Shown: piece after piece, positions 19,105 through 29,401 of the stretch
Numbering within the stretch: position 1 is the first letter of the stretch
How the letters are laid out: every line of letters starts with the position of its first letter
The notes under the pieces: generated by a model
Told to the model about the DNA's origin: nothing
The model's input: the letters and a program-made list of their open reading frames with translations, nothing else
Database searches by the model: none
Position numbers and translations under genes: made by a program
Assembly: GCA_050633305.1 (NCBI GenBank)
Contig: JBOEGF010000018.1
Location: 1 to 64,000, forward strand
Direction: 5' to 3'
DNA length: 64,000 bases
DNA from: Nannocystales bacterium
Lineage (GTDB): Bacteria; Myxococcota_A; Polyangia; Nannocystales; Nannocystaceae

Positions 19105-21108
19105 TCAGCCCTCGAGGAGTGCGAGCAGTTCGTCCTCCGTGATGAGCTTGACGTTGTAGCCGCGGGCTTTCTTGGCCTTGCCGCTGGTCGAGTCTGGGTC
19201 CGCAAGGACGAGGTAGGTCAGCTCTCGTGTGACCTTGTCGACAAGCTCGAAGCCCGCGTCCTCGAGCGGCTGTTTGTAGTCGTTCTTCTTTTTGCCGCTG
19301 GGGAGCTTGCCCGTGATCGCGACCGTGCCTTTGCTCTCGGCCGCCGCGGTGGCGGCGGCTGCCACCAGCGCGTGTCCGTCGGCGTCCTGGATGACGACGC
19401 CGTGCGCGATCATGGCGTCGATGACCTCGGCCACCTGATCAATGCCGTCCTGCAAGCGGTCGCCCATGCTCGGCACGCCGGCACGCGCGGCGAACTCTGG
19501 GTCTCGAAGTTTCTCTCCGCGCCAGTCGGCAAGCGTGTCGAGTTCCCCTGGCACGGCGGTCAACATCAGTTCGACCCGGCGGGTCCCGAGTCCATGGATC
19601 CCGAGCGAGCCCATGAGTTGCACAAGCGAGAGGGTTCGCGTCTTGTCGATCGCATCGAGGATCGTCGTTGCCCGCTTCATGCCCAGGCGAATCTCCCGCT
19701 CTTGGTTGATGATCAGCGAGGCGAGAGCATCCCGGTCCTCGCCGAGCGTGTAGAGCCCGGCTGGGTTCTCGAGATCCATCTGCTCGATGAGGGCCTCGAG
19801 CACCGAGTCTCCGATGCCTTGGATGTCGAGCCCCTTGATCCATCGAGCGATCTTGCCGCTCGACTTCTTCGGACACTCCGGGTTGAGACAGACAGTCGCG
19901 ACGCCCGTGTCGCCACCGGTGTTGGTACGCCGGCCGACCTCGCCGTCACAGAAGGGACATCGCGTCGGTTCTTCGATGGCCCGCCGGGTGCCCTCCGGTG
20001 CGCGCTCGATCACGCGAATCACCTTGGGGATGATGTCGTTGGCCTTGATGACGTACACGGTGTCGCCCACCGCCACGCCGAGGCGCTCGACCTCTTCCCA
20101 GTTGTTGAGTAGGGCGTTTTGAACCGTTGTTCCACCGATCTCCACAGGCGCGAGCTTGGCCGTTGGTACCAAGACACCGGTGTGTCCACCGCCGATCTCG
20201 TAGTCGAGGAGGGTGGTCTCCCCGCCTTCGGAGACGAACTTCCACGCGGTCTGCCCCTTGGGCCGATTCGCGGTCACGCCGAGTTTGCTCTGCACCTCCA
20301 GGTCGTCGATCTTCAAGACCACGCCGTCGATCCAGAACGGAAGGTCGCCGCGCTCGGCGGTGATGCGCCGGTAGTACGCAACGCAGGACTCGAGGTCAGG
20401 GCAGAGTTCGGAGGGCATGAGCGTGAAGCCCAAGGCCTCCAGAAACTCGGCCTTCTCGGTCTGTGTGGTGAAGGTGGTGTCGGGGTCGTCGACGTCGAAT
20501 GCGTAGACGGTCAGCAGATGGGCATCCTTGCCGTTCTTGCGCCCCATGATCCCGTTGCCGAGGTTCCGAGGGTTCTTCGCAAGCGACGGATCGATGAGCG
20601 CCCAGTTCTCCACGGTGAGGATGACCTCAAAACGAACGGCGCCGGAGAAGGGCGTTCCGTCGGGTCGCTGGACGAGGACGGGCAGACCGTGGAACTTGAC
20701 CGCGTTGGCGGTGATGTCCTCGCCTTCGATGCCGTCCCCCCGAGAGATGGCCTGTTCGAGTCGGCCGTTCGCGTAGTAGGCCGCTGCGCTGGCGCCATCA
20801 CCCTTGAGGGAAGCCTGGATGACAGGGCTGCCGTTCTTGGTGAACCAGGTCTCGAACTCCTCCTCCGTGTTCACCTTGCTCTGGCTGCCCATCGGCATGC
20901 GATGGCGAGCCTTCGTGAGGATGGCGTCCGCGGACACAGGAGCGCCGACGAGAGCGAGCACGTCGTCGTCGGGGTCGATGCCGCGCAACTCATCCTCGAG
21001 CGCGTCGTACTCCGCGTCGGTCATGATGGGCTGACCGCCGAAGTAGTAGGCCTGTTTGGCCTTGAGGATTGTGTTGCGCAGCCAGGTCCGGCGCTGGGCG
21101 TCGTCCAT
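19105..21108 (-). CDS. ligA: NAD-dependent DNA ligase (divergent)
   Basis: YY..DAEYD, KGDG, SRGDGIEGEDIT, NPRN, IDGVVLK, AWKF, Zn finger CPFC..C..C, and C-terminal BRCT. Confidence 0.9.
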   Translation of the reverse strand: MDDAQRRTWLRNTILKAKQAYYFGGQPIMTDAEYDALEDELRGIDPDDDVLALVGAPVSADAILTKARHRMPMGSQSKVNTEEEFETWFTKNGSPVIQASLKGDGASAAAYYANGRLEQAISRGDGIEGEDITANAVKFHGLPVLVQRPDGTPFSGAVRFEVILTVENWALIDPSLAKNPRNLGNGIMGRKNGKDAHLLTVYAFDVDDPDTTFTTQTEKAEFLEALGFTLMPSELCPDLESCVAYYRRITAERGDLPFWIDGVVLKIDDLEVQSKLGVTANRPKGQTAWKFVSEGGETTLLDYEIGGGHTGVLVPTAKLAPVEIGGTTVQNALLNNWEEVERLGVAVGDTVYVIKANDIIPKVIRVIERAPEGTRRAIEEPTRCPFCDGEVGRRTNTGGDTGVATVCLNPECPKKSSGKIARWIKGLDIQGIGDSVLEALIEQMDLENPAGLYTLGEDRDALASLIINQEREIRLGMKRATTILDAIDKTRTLSLVQLMGSLGIHGLGTRRVELMLTAVPGELDTLADWRGEKLRDPEFAARAGVPSMGDRLQDGIDQVAEVIDAMIAHGVVIQDADGHALVAAAATAAAESKGTVAITGKLPSGKKKNDYKQPLEDAGFELVDKVTRELTYLVLADPDSTSGKAKKARGYNVKLITEDELLALLEG

Positions 21109-21119
21109 TGGCGCAGAGA

Positions 21120-21911
21120 CTACTGCGCCCACCGGTGTCGCGGCCACCCCCAGGCCGGGTCGAACGTGCAGATGTGGAGCACGACCATTCCCAGGCTCAG
21201 GTCGGCGAAGTCGAGAAGCACCACCAGCCCGAAGTGCATGCCCAACATGCCGGCCCACAGCCACGGACGAGCGCGTTTCACCAACGCGAGGGGGGCGAAG
21301 GCGATCTCGAATCCAAGGGTCCCCCAGGTCAGGGCTTTGAGGCTCCATCCGGGGGCGGACAAGAGCAGCTCTCGCACGAGTCCGGGGCGCGCCAGCGGAT
21401 TGCTCAAGATGTAGAAGAACGCGTGTCCGTCGACCCAGGATGGGGCGGCGAGCTTGGTGATGCCGCTGTAGCTGTAACCGACCGCCATGGCGATCCACAG
21501 CGCGCGAAGGACGGCTGGAGACCATGCTCTGGCATCGACACGTCTCGGGGACGCGGCCCAGGCGAAGAGCAGTAGCCCGATGTACGGCATCGCCGGGTTC
21601 GCGATCAGCGGATTGCGGCCGAACAGGCAGGCGGAGACGAACAGGGCCACCCCTGCGGCGATGCGGTCGAGCTTGCCTACGGCGATTCCGATCCCTGCTG
21701 CGGCTCCCAGCAGGACAAGCGCAACGACCAGGCTGGGTGCGTCGCAGAGCGCGAGGATGTTGGGGAACGCGCGGAGTATCGGGCTTGCGTTGCCGTCCGG
21801 GAGCATGCCGCGGTTCGAGAACACTTCCGCGGCCCACGGTAGAAGCGCTCCGAAGTGAACGGCGACGTAGGAGCCGAGGGTGACCCGGGCGGTGGTTCGC
21901 AGATCAAGCAT
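21120..21911 (-). CDS. HTTM-like multi-pass membrane protein
   Basis: RNPLIANP, YSYSGITKL..SWVDG, FEIAF, MHFG motifs. Confidence 0.8.
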   Translation of the reverse strand: MLDLRTTARVTLGSYVAVHFGALLPWAAEVFSNRGMLPDGNASPILRAFPNILALCDAPSLVVALVLLGAAAGIGIAVGKLDRIAAGVALFVSACLFGRNPLIANPAMPYIGLLLFAWAASPRRVDARAWSPAVLRALWIAMAVGYSYSGITKLAAPSWVDGHAFFYILSNPLARPGLVRELLLSAPGWSLKALTWGTLGFEIAFAPLALVKRARPWLWAGMLGMHFGLVVLLDFADLSLGMVVLHICTFDPAWGWPRHRWAQ

Positions 21912-23130
21912 GGCGATGGTCCTTGGCGCAGTGGACGGTCTGCGGCGGGATGCTGGGCGTGCCCGGGCGTGGGCGGTACTCGAGGGTCACATCCGAAGCG
22001 ACGGTCTGCGGGTCCACTCCGAGCTCGGTGAGGAGCGGGCGTTCCCCGCACAGCGACCGCTGAGCGACCGCCTCAAACATCGGGGAGAGCATTGGCTGCT
22101 GTCTTGCCTCGGGCAGGAACACAATCACCGCCCCATAGGCGTTGCGCCGGTTGTAGGCGCCGCGGAGTCGCGCGCCGTCCGGACTCAGGGGGACGGCGTG
22201 TTGGCGACCGTGATGGTCTGTCCATCGAACCGTGACCGCGGTGGAAAAGGGTTCGAACTCGCCAAAAGCGGTGAACACTTTCGGTGCTGGGCTCGCCCCG
22301 GTTGCTGCTGCCACGCCTCCGACCGCTGTCAGACCAAGCGGGTCGGATGCCATTCGGACCAGCCCGAGACTCACGACTGCGGCTGAGACCCCGCAGGGAC
22401 GCGGCGCGGCGTCATCGTTGACGTCGATACCGCGGAGCATGGACCCGAGTCTTGCCTCGCGGTGCGCCCTGAATCCGCAGTCAGCGTCGAACACCTCCGG
22501 GTTTTCGAAGGTCCCAAAGAGTATGTCCCACAGAGGCAGGTCGCTGTAGTTGTTCGTGTGGCGGGAGCGTTGGTGGTGCACACAGTGCATCTCGGGACGC
22601 TGGAAGACCCAACCCATCCATCGCGGGGTGCGGACGTTCCAGTGGTACACGAGCTCGGCCAGGCCGGTGACCAGCACGGCGAGCGCACCTGCTTCGGGGG
22701 TGAGACCGACGAGTCCGTAGAGGATCGCGGAGCTGAGCAGGGCGTTGATCCCGATCTCGAGGGGGTGCTTGTAGAAGCTGGTGACGATCTCGAGCCGCGC
22801 CGGGCTGTGGTGGAGCTGGTGGAGGGAGCGCCACAGCCAGTCGACTTCGTGGCGCGCGCGGTGCCACCAGTAGTAGATGAACGTGATTGCGAGGTAGCCG
22901 AGCGCCGCCCCGGCAATGGTTCCCAGCGCGCCGAGGTCCCACAGTGCGAGGCGGGACCACCAGTCGTCGAGGGTCGAACCGAGCAGAAACACCGAGCCTG
23001 CTTGGACGCCGTTGAGCGCGACGGCGCGGCGGAGGAAGCCCGGCGCCGAGGGGAGGCGACGGCCTGGCCGGGCGCGCTCGACGACGATCATCGCGGCGGC
23101 GGCTCCGAGAACGATCAGCGGGATGTTCAC
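21904..23130 (-). CDS. Sterol desaturase/fatty-acid hydroxylase fused to an uncharacterised C-terminal domain
   Basis: His boxes HRARH, HQLHH, H..HCVHH and NYSDLPLWD, followed by ASPAPKVF...GAYNRRNAYG. Confidence 0.85.
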   Translation of the reverse strand: MNIPLIVLGAAAAMIVVERARPGRRLPSAPGFLRRAVALNGVQAGSVFLLGSTLDDWWSRLALWDLGALGTIAGAALGYLAITFIYYWWHRARHEVDWLWRSLHQLHHSPARLEIVTSFYKHPLEIGINALLSSAILYGLVGLTPEAGALAVLVTGLAELVYHWNVRTPRWMGWVFQRPEMHCVHHQRSRHTNNYSDLPLWDILFGTFENPEVFDADCGFRAHREARLGSMLRGIDVNDDAAPRPCGVSAAVVSLGLVRMASDPLGLTAVGGVAAATGASPAPKVFTAFGEFEPFSTAVTVRWTDHHGRQHAVPLSPDGARLRGAYNRRNAYGAVIVFLPEARQQPMLSPMFEAVAQRSLCGERPLLTELGVDPQTVASDVTLEYRPRPGTPSIPPQTVHCAKDHRHA

Positions 23131-23256
23131 GCCGTCCGTTCAAAGCAAGGTCTGGTCCTGCTGTAAGTGCCTGAAAATACGTGTTCTGATGGATGCTCAA
23201 TGTACGCAAGATGTCTATCGGCGATCCTCTCGTGTACGACGGGAGCCTATGCGGAC

Positions 23257-24036
23257 CTAGCGCTCAAATATGCTGAGGTCCCATGTGGGCCCTGCGGTAC
23301 AGCAGCCATCCGTGCCTTGGTCGACCCGGCCTGGGCACCAGTCCTCGTCCCCTGCGTCGTTCGCGGGGCCGTGTCCGCACTGGATGTCGTTGTACATCGG
23401 ATTGCCGCCGATGCCGGGACCGGCGCCGAGCGCTTCGCAGATCTGCAGGACCGTTCGAGGCCCAGCTGGCGTGTCCACGACCAGTTCGCCGATGTTGTGG
23501 TCGAACGACGAGGCGCAGTAGCAGCGCCCATCGACGCTGTAGCTGTCTGCCCACCCGACACCACCGGGTGGTCCCTGGACTTGGTCCAGGTCGCAGCCCA
23601 GGGCGGGGCCCAAGCAGGTTCCGGTCTCGCATGCCTTCGACTCACAGTCCGGAGGCTCGTTGCATACCGACCCTGTCGGGCAGGCCGGGCAGGAACCACC
23701 GCAGTCCACATCCACTTCGCCACCGTCGAGAATTCGGTTGAAGCAGGCGTCACCGGTTGCACCCGATGTCGTCGAGCTGGCTTCAGCGCTACCCTCGCCC
23801 TCCGGGTCTGTCCCAGTCTCGGACGCCGTCGTCGTCGACAGCGTCGCTTCGGTCGCATCGGGTTGTGCGCCACCGGTTGTCGTCCCGTGAGTTGTGCCCG
23901 TACCGACGGACGTCGCGGCGGCGGAAGAGGAAGCGCCAGAGCTTGCCCCGCCCTCGTGTGTTTCTGGGTTGTCCCGGACGCAACCGCACACCACCAGCGC
24001 GATCGTGAGCGCTCTCGTTCCCCAGTCGATCGCCAT
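23257..24036 (-). CDS. Lipoprotein with DVDCGG repeat and Cys-rich WADSYS domain
   Basis: VCGC lipobox-like site, Thr linker, GGEVDVDCGG, WADSYSVDGRCYC...YNDIQCGHGP...CPGRVD. Confidence 0.75.
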   Translation of the reverse strand: MAIDWGTRALTIALVVCGCVRDNPETHEGGASSGASSSAAATSVGTGTTHGTTTGGAQPDATEATLSTTTASETGTDPEGEGSAEASSTTSGATGDACFNRILDGGEVDVDCGGSCPACPTGSVCNEPPDCESKACETGTCLGPALGCDLDQVQGPPGGVGWADSYSVDGRCYCASSFDHNIGELVVDTPAGPRTVLQICEALGAGPGIGGNPMYNDIQCGHGPANDAGDEDWCPGRVDQGTDGCCTAGPTWDLSIFER

Positions 24037-24103
24037 GGACAGCGAGGGTACCGCTGAAGTGGGGCGGTAGCTCCCGCATGCGCTTGGGAGTACCTTCCGT
24101 GCG

Positions 24104-24298
24104 ATGGACGACCGAATCGTCGAGCTGGAGGTCCGCGCGGCTTACCAGGACAAGACCATTTCCGACTTGGACGAGGTGGTTCGCGCCTTTACGGAGCGGG
24201 TGGCCGTGCTGGAGCGAGAGGTTCGTCTGCTCAAGGAGACGATGAAAGCTGGCGCCCCCGATGTGGGTCCTCAAGATGAGAAGCCGCCTCACTACTGA
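24104..24298 (+). CDS. slyX: SlyX protein
   Basis: RIVELEVRAAYQDKTI..L and C-terminal EKPPHY. Confidence 0.92.
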   Translation: MDDRIVELEVRAAYQDKTISDLDEVVRAFTERVAVLEREVRLLKETMKAGAPDVGPQDEKPPHY

Positions 24299-24372
24299 AC
24301 CCGCGCCCAGAACGGCGGCCAGAGCACGCCTGTGAATTGCGAGAACGGTGATTCAGGGGCAATCTAGCCCGG

Positions 24373-25881
24373 ATGCGACCGGAGTTTCTTGTCGCCATGG
24401 AACGGCTGGGTGTCACCCCCGACGCTCTGGGGCGTGCGCTCGACGGCGTTTCATTCGGTGTGATCGTCAATCATGCCGAGGACGGTTGCATCTACGCCAG
24501 TCAGGAGGCCCTGCGGGTGTTCGATCTGGACTGGGATGCGTTCAAGGGCTTCGGTTGGATGGCATCCGTCATTCCCGCGGACGTTGAGGCGCTGCGCGGC
24601 ACGTTCGAGCGCTACCAACAAGGCACCGCGGAGAGCGAGGTCCAGTACCGGATTTCGGTCTCCGATGGTTCGATTCGCGCCATCGTGGCCACGGCGACCC
24701 CGGTGCTTGATGCCGACGGCGAACAGCTCGGCTCGGTCGTCGTTGGACGGCTCGCGACGGCCGAGCGTGCGGCCGCTGAGCGCGGGGTGCAGTCCCAGAA
24801 GCTCGAAGCGATCGGCCGCCTGGCGGGCCGAGTCGCCCACGACTTCAACAACGTGCTCACCCCGATCATCTGTTCGGCCTCGCTCCTGGAGAGTGAGACG
24901 CTGACCGACGACGGTCGGGAGTGCGTGGCCACGATCATTCAGGGGGTTCACCATGCGGCGGCCATCACCCAGCAGCTGCTTGGGCTCTCTCGGCAAGGGG
25001 ACAGCGCTCCGCGCATCGCCCGTCTGGACGCTGAGATCGAGTCCATGCACACGATGTTGGTGCAGATGGTCGGGGAGCAGATCCAGCTGAGCTTGGATCT
25101 GAATTGCGGAGCATCTGTCATTGCGCTGGCGCCCCATGAACTCGGTCAGGTTCTGCTCAACCTCTGTGTCAACGGCCGGGATGCGGTCAGCGGGGTCGGC
25201 CGGGTTCGCGTTTCGACGCGGCTGACAGGTTCCTTCGTCGAGTTGCGAGTCCATGACTCCGGGGTCGGCGTCAGTGTCGAGGTGCAACAGCGGATGTTCG
25301 AGCCCTTCTACACGACCAAGTCTCCCGACAGAGGAACCGGCCTTGGTCTCTCTACAGCCCGGGATCTGGTGCGGCGTGCAGGCGGCGACATCACCGTCCA
25401 ATCGGAGCTCGGCGCGGGCACTGAGATGCTGGTGACACTTCCCAGCTTGGCTCCCGACGCGCTCCCAGAGCCCCAATCGGACAAAGGCCAGAAGATTCCC
25501 CCCCAGCGGATTCTTCTCGTCGATGACAACACCGCCCTCAGACAGACGCTGGCCTACGTCCTCGCGCTACGCCACCATGACGTCAAGACGTCCGCGACGT
25601 TTTCACGAGCCGCCGACATGGTTCGGGAGGGCGGGTTCGATGTCCTTGTCACCGACGTCTTGCTGCCCGATGGTCGGGGGGATGAACTCGTCTCGCTCGC
25701 GACCGAGGCGATGCCGGGGCTGGGGATCGTCTACATCACCGGGTTTGCTGGCGAGGAGTTCGAGATGCTCGAGCGACGCAACGCCGGGGCGGTCTTCTTG
25801 CAGAAGCCCTTCCACCCCAACGAAGTGATTGACGCGATCGCCCAGGTGCTTCGAGCAAACCTGGCGACCGGGTCCGCCTAG
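24373..25881 (+). CDS. Hybrid PAS histidine kinase / response regulator
   Basis: AHDFNN H-box, NLCVN, FEPFYTTK..GTGLGL, receiver domain with LVDD and QKPF. Confidence 0.92.
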   Translation: MRPEFLVAMERLGVTPDALGRALDGVSFGVIVNHAEDGCIYASQEALRVFDLDWDAFKGFGWMASVIPADVEALRGTFERYQQGTAESEVQYRISVSDGSIRAIVATATPVLDADGEQLGSVVVGRLATAERAAAERGVQSQKLEAIGRLAGRVAHDFNNVLTPIICSASLLESETLTDDGRECVATIIQGVHHAAAITQQLLGLSRQGDSAPRIARLDAEIESMHTMLVQMVGEQIQLSLDLNCGASVIALAPHELGQVLLNLCVNGRDAVSGVGRVRVSTRLTGSFVELRVHDSGVGVSVEVQQRMFEPFYTTKSPDRGTGLGLSTARDLVRRAGGDITVQSELGAGTEMLVTLPSLAPDALPEPQSDKGQKIPPQRILLVDDNTALRQTLAYVLALRHHDVKTSATFSRAADMVREGGFDVLVTDVLLPDGRGDELVSLATEAMPGLGIVYITGFAGEEFEMLERRNAGAVFLQKPFHPNEVIDAIAQVLRANLATGSA

Positions 25882-25958
25882 AAGATCGCCACAGGTGCAG
25901 CTACGGGGCTGCAGTGGCCGGACTGAAGCTGCGGCGAGGACTGATCTACTCTGCCCCC

Positions 25959-27665
25959 GTGGACGGTGTCGCCATCGGAACGCTCATCGGAGGCGTCGGG
26001 CTGTTTCTGCTCGGGATGAATCTGATGACGGACAGCCTTGCGGCGATGGGGGGCGACACGCTGCGCACCCTCGTCGGTCGGTTGATCCATCGGCGGTCGG
26101 GCGCGCTGGCGACCGGAATCGTGACGACTGCGCTCCTGCAGTCCTCGAGTGCCACGACTCTGGTCACGGTCGGGTTTGTGAGCGCGGGTCTGGTCACGTT
26201 CTCGGACTCGCTCGGGATCATCTTGGGAGCGAACATCGGGACGACTGCGACGAGCTGGTTGGTCTCGCTCATCGGGTTGAAGTTCAAGGTCAGCGCGGTC
26301 GCGCTGCCGCTTGTCGGTGCGGGCGCCCTGTTGCGGCTGGTGAGCCGAGGCCGCCGAGCTCGATTGGCGCAGGCTCTGTCGGGGTTCGGACTCATCTTCG
26401 TGGGCATCGACGTGATGCAGGACGGCATGGCGGGCCTGGATGTGGACTTCAACTGGGGGGAGGGCTTGCCCGGGCCTCTCCGCACGGGGGTGTTGGTCGG
26501 CATCGGGGCTGTGATGACTGTGGTCATGCAGTCTTCGAGCGCTGCCGCGGCGACGACGTTGATCGCGTTGAGTGCTGGGCGTGTGGAGCTGCACCAAGCG
26601 GCGGCGCTGGTCATCGGACAGAATGTCGGCACCACGGTGACGGCGATCCTGGGAGCGAGCGGAGGTTCGTTGTCCGCGAGGCGAACCGCAGTCGCCCACG
26701 TGCTGTTCAACGTGCTGACGGCCCTGGTCGCGCTCCTCGCCCTCAGCCCGTTTCTGGCGCTCATCACTGAGGTCGCGCGCAGGTGGGTGGGCGATGCGCC
26801 TCAGACTGTCCTCGCGCTGTTCCACACCGGGTTCAACGTGTTGGGTGTTGCCCTCGTGTACCCCTGGCTCGATCGGTTCGCCAAGCTGGTGGAGCGCATC
26901 GTGCCCAGGTCCGCGCAGGCGGTCGTCGCGGACCTTCCGAAGTCTTCGCTCAGCGTACCCGCGGTGGCGCTGGAGTCGGCTCGGATGACCGCGGCGAATG
27001 CAGCCCTCGAAGCGTCGCGGCTCGCAGTCTCCGCGATGCGAGGTCGCTCCGGAGATCGAGACGAAGCCAACCTTCTCCGGGTTGCCCTCGACCTGGCTCG
27101 CGAGCCCAAGAAACTCCTGGCTCGCTCTCCAGACGCCGCACGAGAACTCGCAGAGCGTATTCAAGGCCTGGATGCGGTTCTTACCGAGTTGACTGTCTAC
27201 CTCGGAAAGATCGACACGCCCCGCAACGCTGGTGTGGTCAACCATGAGCGGGTGGCGCTGCTCCACGCGGTCGACCATGTTCGCCGGCTTGTGCGGGTAG
27301 CGGGAAGCTCGGACCGGAAGGGCCGAGTCGAAGAACAGCCCGAGCTTCGAGCGCTGGCCGACCCCACCATCGAAGCTCTGGAGCCGCTGCTCGCGGATGG
27401 TGTCGAGGTTGGGCGGGTGTGGATCGCAGATGTGGCCGAGGTTGCACGTCGGTGTGGCCGAGAGGACCGACGTCGGCGTGACGTCCACCGCGAGCACGTG
27501 CTCGAGCGCCTTGGTTCGGGGGAACTCGAACCCGGCACCGCCGACCAGCTTCTGGCCGCAGCGAGGTGGGTCGGCAAGACGCCTAAGCATGTCGCGCGCG
27601 CGTTCCAGTATCTCGGCGAAGGAGCCTTGCCACAGATCGAGAACGAGGAGGAGGACGACGGCTGA
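25959..27665 (+). CDS. Na/Pi cotransporter family protein
   Basis: Two QSSS and G[AQ]N[IV]GTT repeats. Confidence 0.9.
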   Translation: MDGVAIGTLIGGVGLFLLGMNLMTDSLAAMGGDTLRTLVGRLIHRRSGALATGIVTTALLQSSSATTLVTVGFVSAGLVTFSDSLGIILGANIGTTATSWLVSLIGLKFKVSAVALPLVGAGALLRLVSRGRRARLAQALSGFGLIFVGIDVMQDGMAGLDVDFNWGEGLPGPLRTGVLVGIGAVMTVVMQSSSAAAATTLIALSAGRVELHQAAALVIGQNVGTTVTAILGASGGSLSARRTAVAHVLFNVLTALVALLALSPFLALITEVARRWVGDAPQTVLALFHTGFNVLGVALVYPWLDRFAKLVERIVPRSAQAVVADLPKSSLSVPAVALESARMTAANAALEASRLAVSAMRGRSGDRDEANLLRVALDLAREPKKLLARSPDAARELAERIQGLDAVLTELTVYLGKIDTPRNAGVVNHERVALLHAVDHVRRLVRVAGSSDRKGRVEEQPELRALADPTIEALEPLLADGVEVGRVWIADVAEVARRCGREDRRRRDVHREHVLERLGSGELEPGTADQLLAAARWVGKTPKHVARAFQYLGEGALPQIENEEEDDG

Positions 27666-27685
27666 AAGCGTTGTAGCATCCGTCC

Positions 27686-29242
27686 ATGTCGCTCCTGCCA
27701 CTGGGCGTTCGCAGCGCAACATCCGTTCGCATCCGGACCCAGGGGCTGGTCTGCGCGCTGCTTCTTCTGTGCTCCTGTCGCTACAACCCTGCGACCGAAC
27801 AAGTCGAGCGGGGCTTGGTCTCCGAGGAGCAGGAGGTCGCGTTGGGGGAAACTCTCGACCGAGAGATCCGGGCGAGCGTCCATGTCTACGGTGGGTCTTC
27901 GCGTCTCACCGGGCTGACTCGACGCATCGGTCACCGGCTCGCAAGACAAAGTGAACGGCCGGAGCTGCCGTGGAAGTTTCGCCTTCTTGACGACCCGGGT
28001 GTCAACGCATTCGCTCTGCCCGGAGGCATTGTCTACATCACCCGAGGTCTCGTCACTCACCTCAACAGTGAAGCCGAACTCGCGGCGGTCCTGAGCCACG
28101 AGATCGCGCACGTCACAGCACTTCATGGCAGCATCGCTATCCGCGATCGGGAACGCGGCTGGCGGTGGGGCGGGTGGGCGAACGGTGAGCTGGACCTCGG
28201 TCAGGGAGCGGTCGATCGAGACCAACTCAGACTCCTCGCACACAGCCGTGAACGAGAACTCGAAGCCGATCGTCTTGCGCTACGCTATCTGCGACGGGCG
28301 GGCTACCCACCGGAGGCGATGGCTGGCGTCATCTCGCTGCTCAGTCGTCTGGACGTGAGTGCTGGAAGGGTCCCTGCGTGGTCGCGAACGCATCCCTCTC
28401 CGAGAGCTCGCGCACAGGCTCTCACCCCACTCCTCGAGAACGACCCAGACTCGCTGCCTTGGGACAATGAGTACGTGCGGGCGCTCGAGGGATCTGTCTT
28501 CGGGTCCGATCCGCGCAACGGGTGGTTGGAGAACAACGAGTACCGGCACGGCCACGCCGGGTTTGGGGTGCAGCTTCCAGTCTCCTGGACCAAGGAGCTT
28601 GTCGCTCCCGCTGTCTTCGCCGCTTCCGCGGACGAGAAGATCCTGCTTGTGGCGGCGCCGCTATTCTTCTCAGATCCGACCGTCGAGCGAGTTCTCGCCC
28701 AGTTCTCGAACTCGAGAAACCTTACTCTGTACGACCGACACGAGTACACCGTTGGGGGTCTTCCCGTCACACGGGCACGGTTTCGGTCGTCCGAGGAGCC
28801 CGTCGTCTCTGGCATCTTTCAGCTGGCGCAGAGCAGGGAGGGCGTCATCACAATCATGGCGGTGGGGCTCGAAGCGGACTGGGCCGCGCACGAAGTCGCG
28901 GTCGCGACTGTGCTCAATAGCCAACGTCTTCTGTCGGATGCCGACCGTGTTGCGCTGCAACCAGGGACCATCTCAGTCGTTGCTGCGACGCAGGGCCAAA
29001 CCCTGCGGATGATCGCCGTGGACCCTCAAGAACTCCCAATCCTTCGCCGCATCAACCGGGTGACGGCCAACGAAGTTCTGGACGAGGGGCGCTTGATCAA
29101 GCGAGTTCCGGGCGCGCTCGCTTCGGCGCCTCCGGCCCGTCCACCCGCATCCGTGACCCCGGCCCCTGCATCGACCGCGAGCGAACCGGAGCTGAAGGCG
29201 GGGACCTCCAGTGCTGGCACTGTGCCGCCGTTCGCTCACTAG
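27686..29242 (+). CDS. M48-family metalloprotease (lipoprotein-like)
   Basis: VNAFALPGG, HEIAH, ELEAD, THP. Confidence 0.9.
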   Translation: MSLLPLGVRSATSVRIRTQGLVCALLLLCSCRYNPATEQVERGLVSEEQEVALGETLDREIRASVHVYGGSSRLTGLTRRIGHRLARQSERPELPWKFRLLDDPGVNAFALPGGIVYITRGLVTHLNSEAELAAVLSHEIAHVTALHGSIAIRDRERGWRWGGWANGELDLGQGAVDRDQLRLLAHSRERELEADRLALRYLRRAGYPPEAMAGVISLLSRLDVSAGRVPAWSRTHPSPRARAQALTPLLENDPDSLPWDNEYVRALEGSVFGSDPRNGWLENNEYRHGHAGFGVQLPVSWTKELVAPAVFAASADEKILLVAAPLFFSDPTVERVLAQFSNSRNLTLYDRHEYTVGGLPVTRARFRSSEEPVVSGIFQLAQSREGVITIMAVGLEADWAAHEVAVATVLNSQRLLSDADRVALQPGTISVVAATQGQTLRMIAVDPQELPILRRINRVTANEVLDEGRLIKRVPGALASAPPARPPASVTPAPASTASEPELKAGTSSAGTVPPFAH

Positions 29243-29253
29243 AGCGGACCTCA

Positions 29254-29282
29254 TGGCCTCGCCACGACGTCTCGCTGGTCCT
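29254..29282 (+). repeat. 29-nt extragenic repeat, copy 1
   Basis: tggcctcgccacgacgtctcgctggtcct; 27/29 identical to 37074-37102. Confidence 0.75.
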
Positions 29283-29401
29283 CGTCCCCCTTCCCTCCGG
29301 GTCGCTTGGCTGCACTCGCGGACGAGTCGACCGGGGAACCTGAGAAAATCATATGCGAGTTGGGTTGCGACGGGGGCGCGGTCAGTCCATGACATGGGCA
29401 C

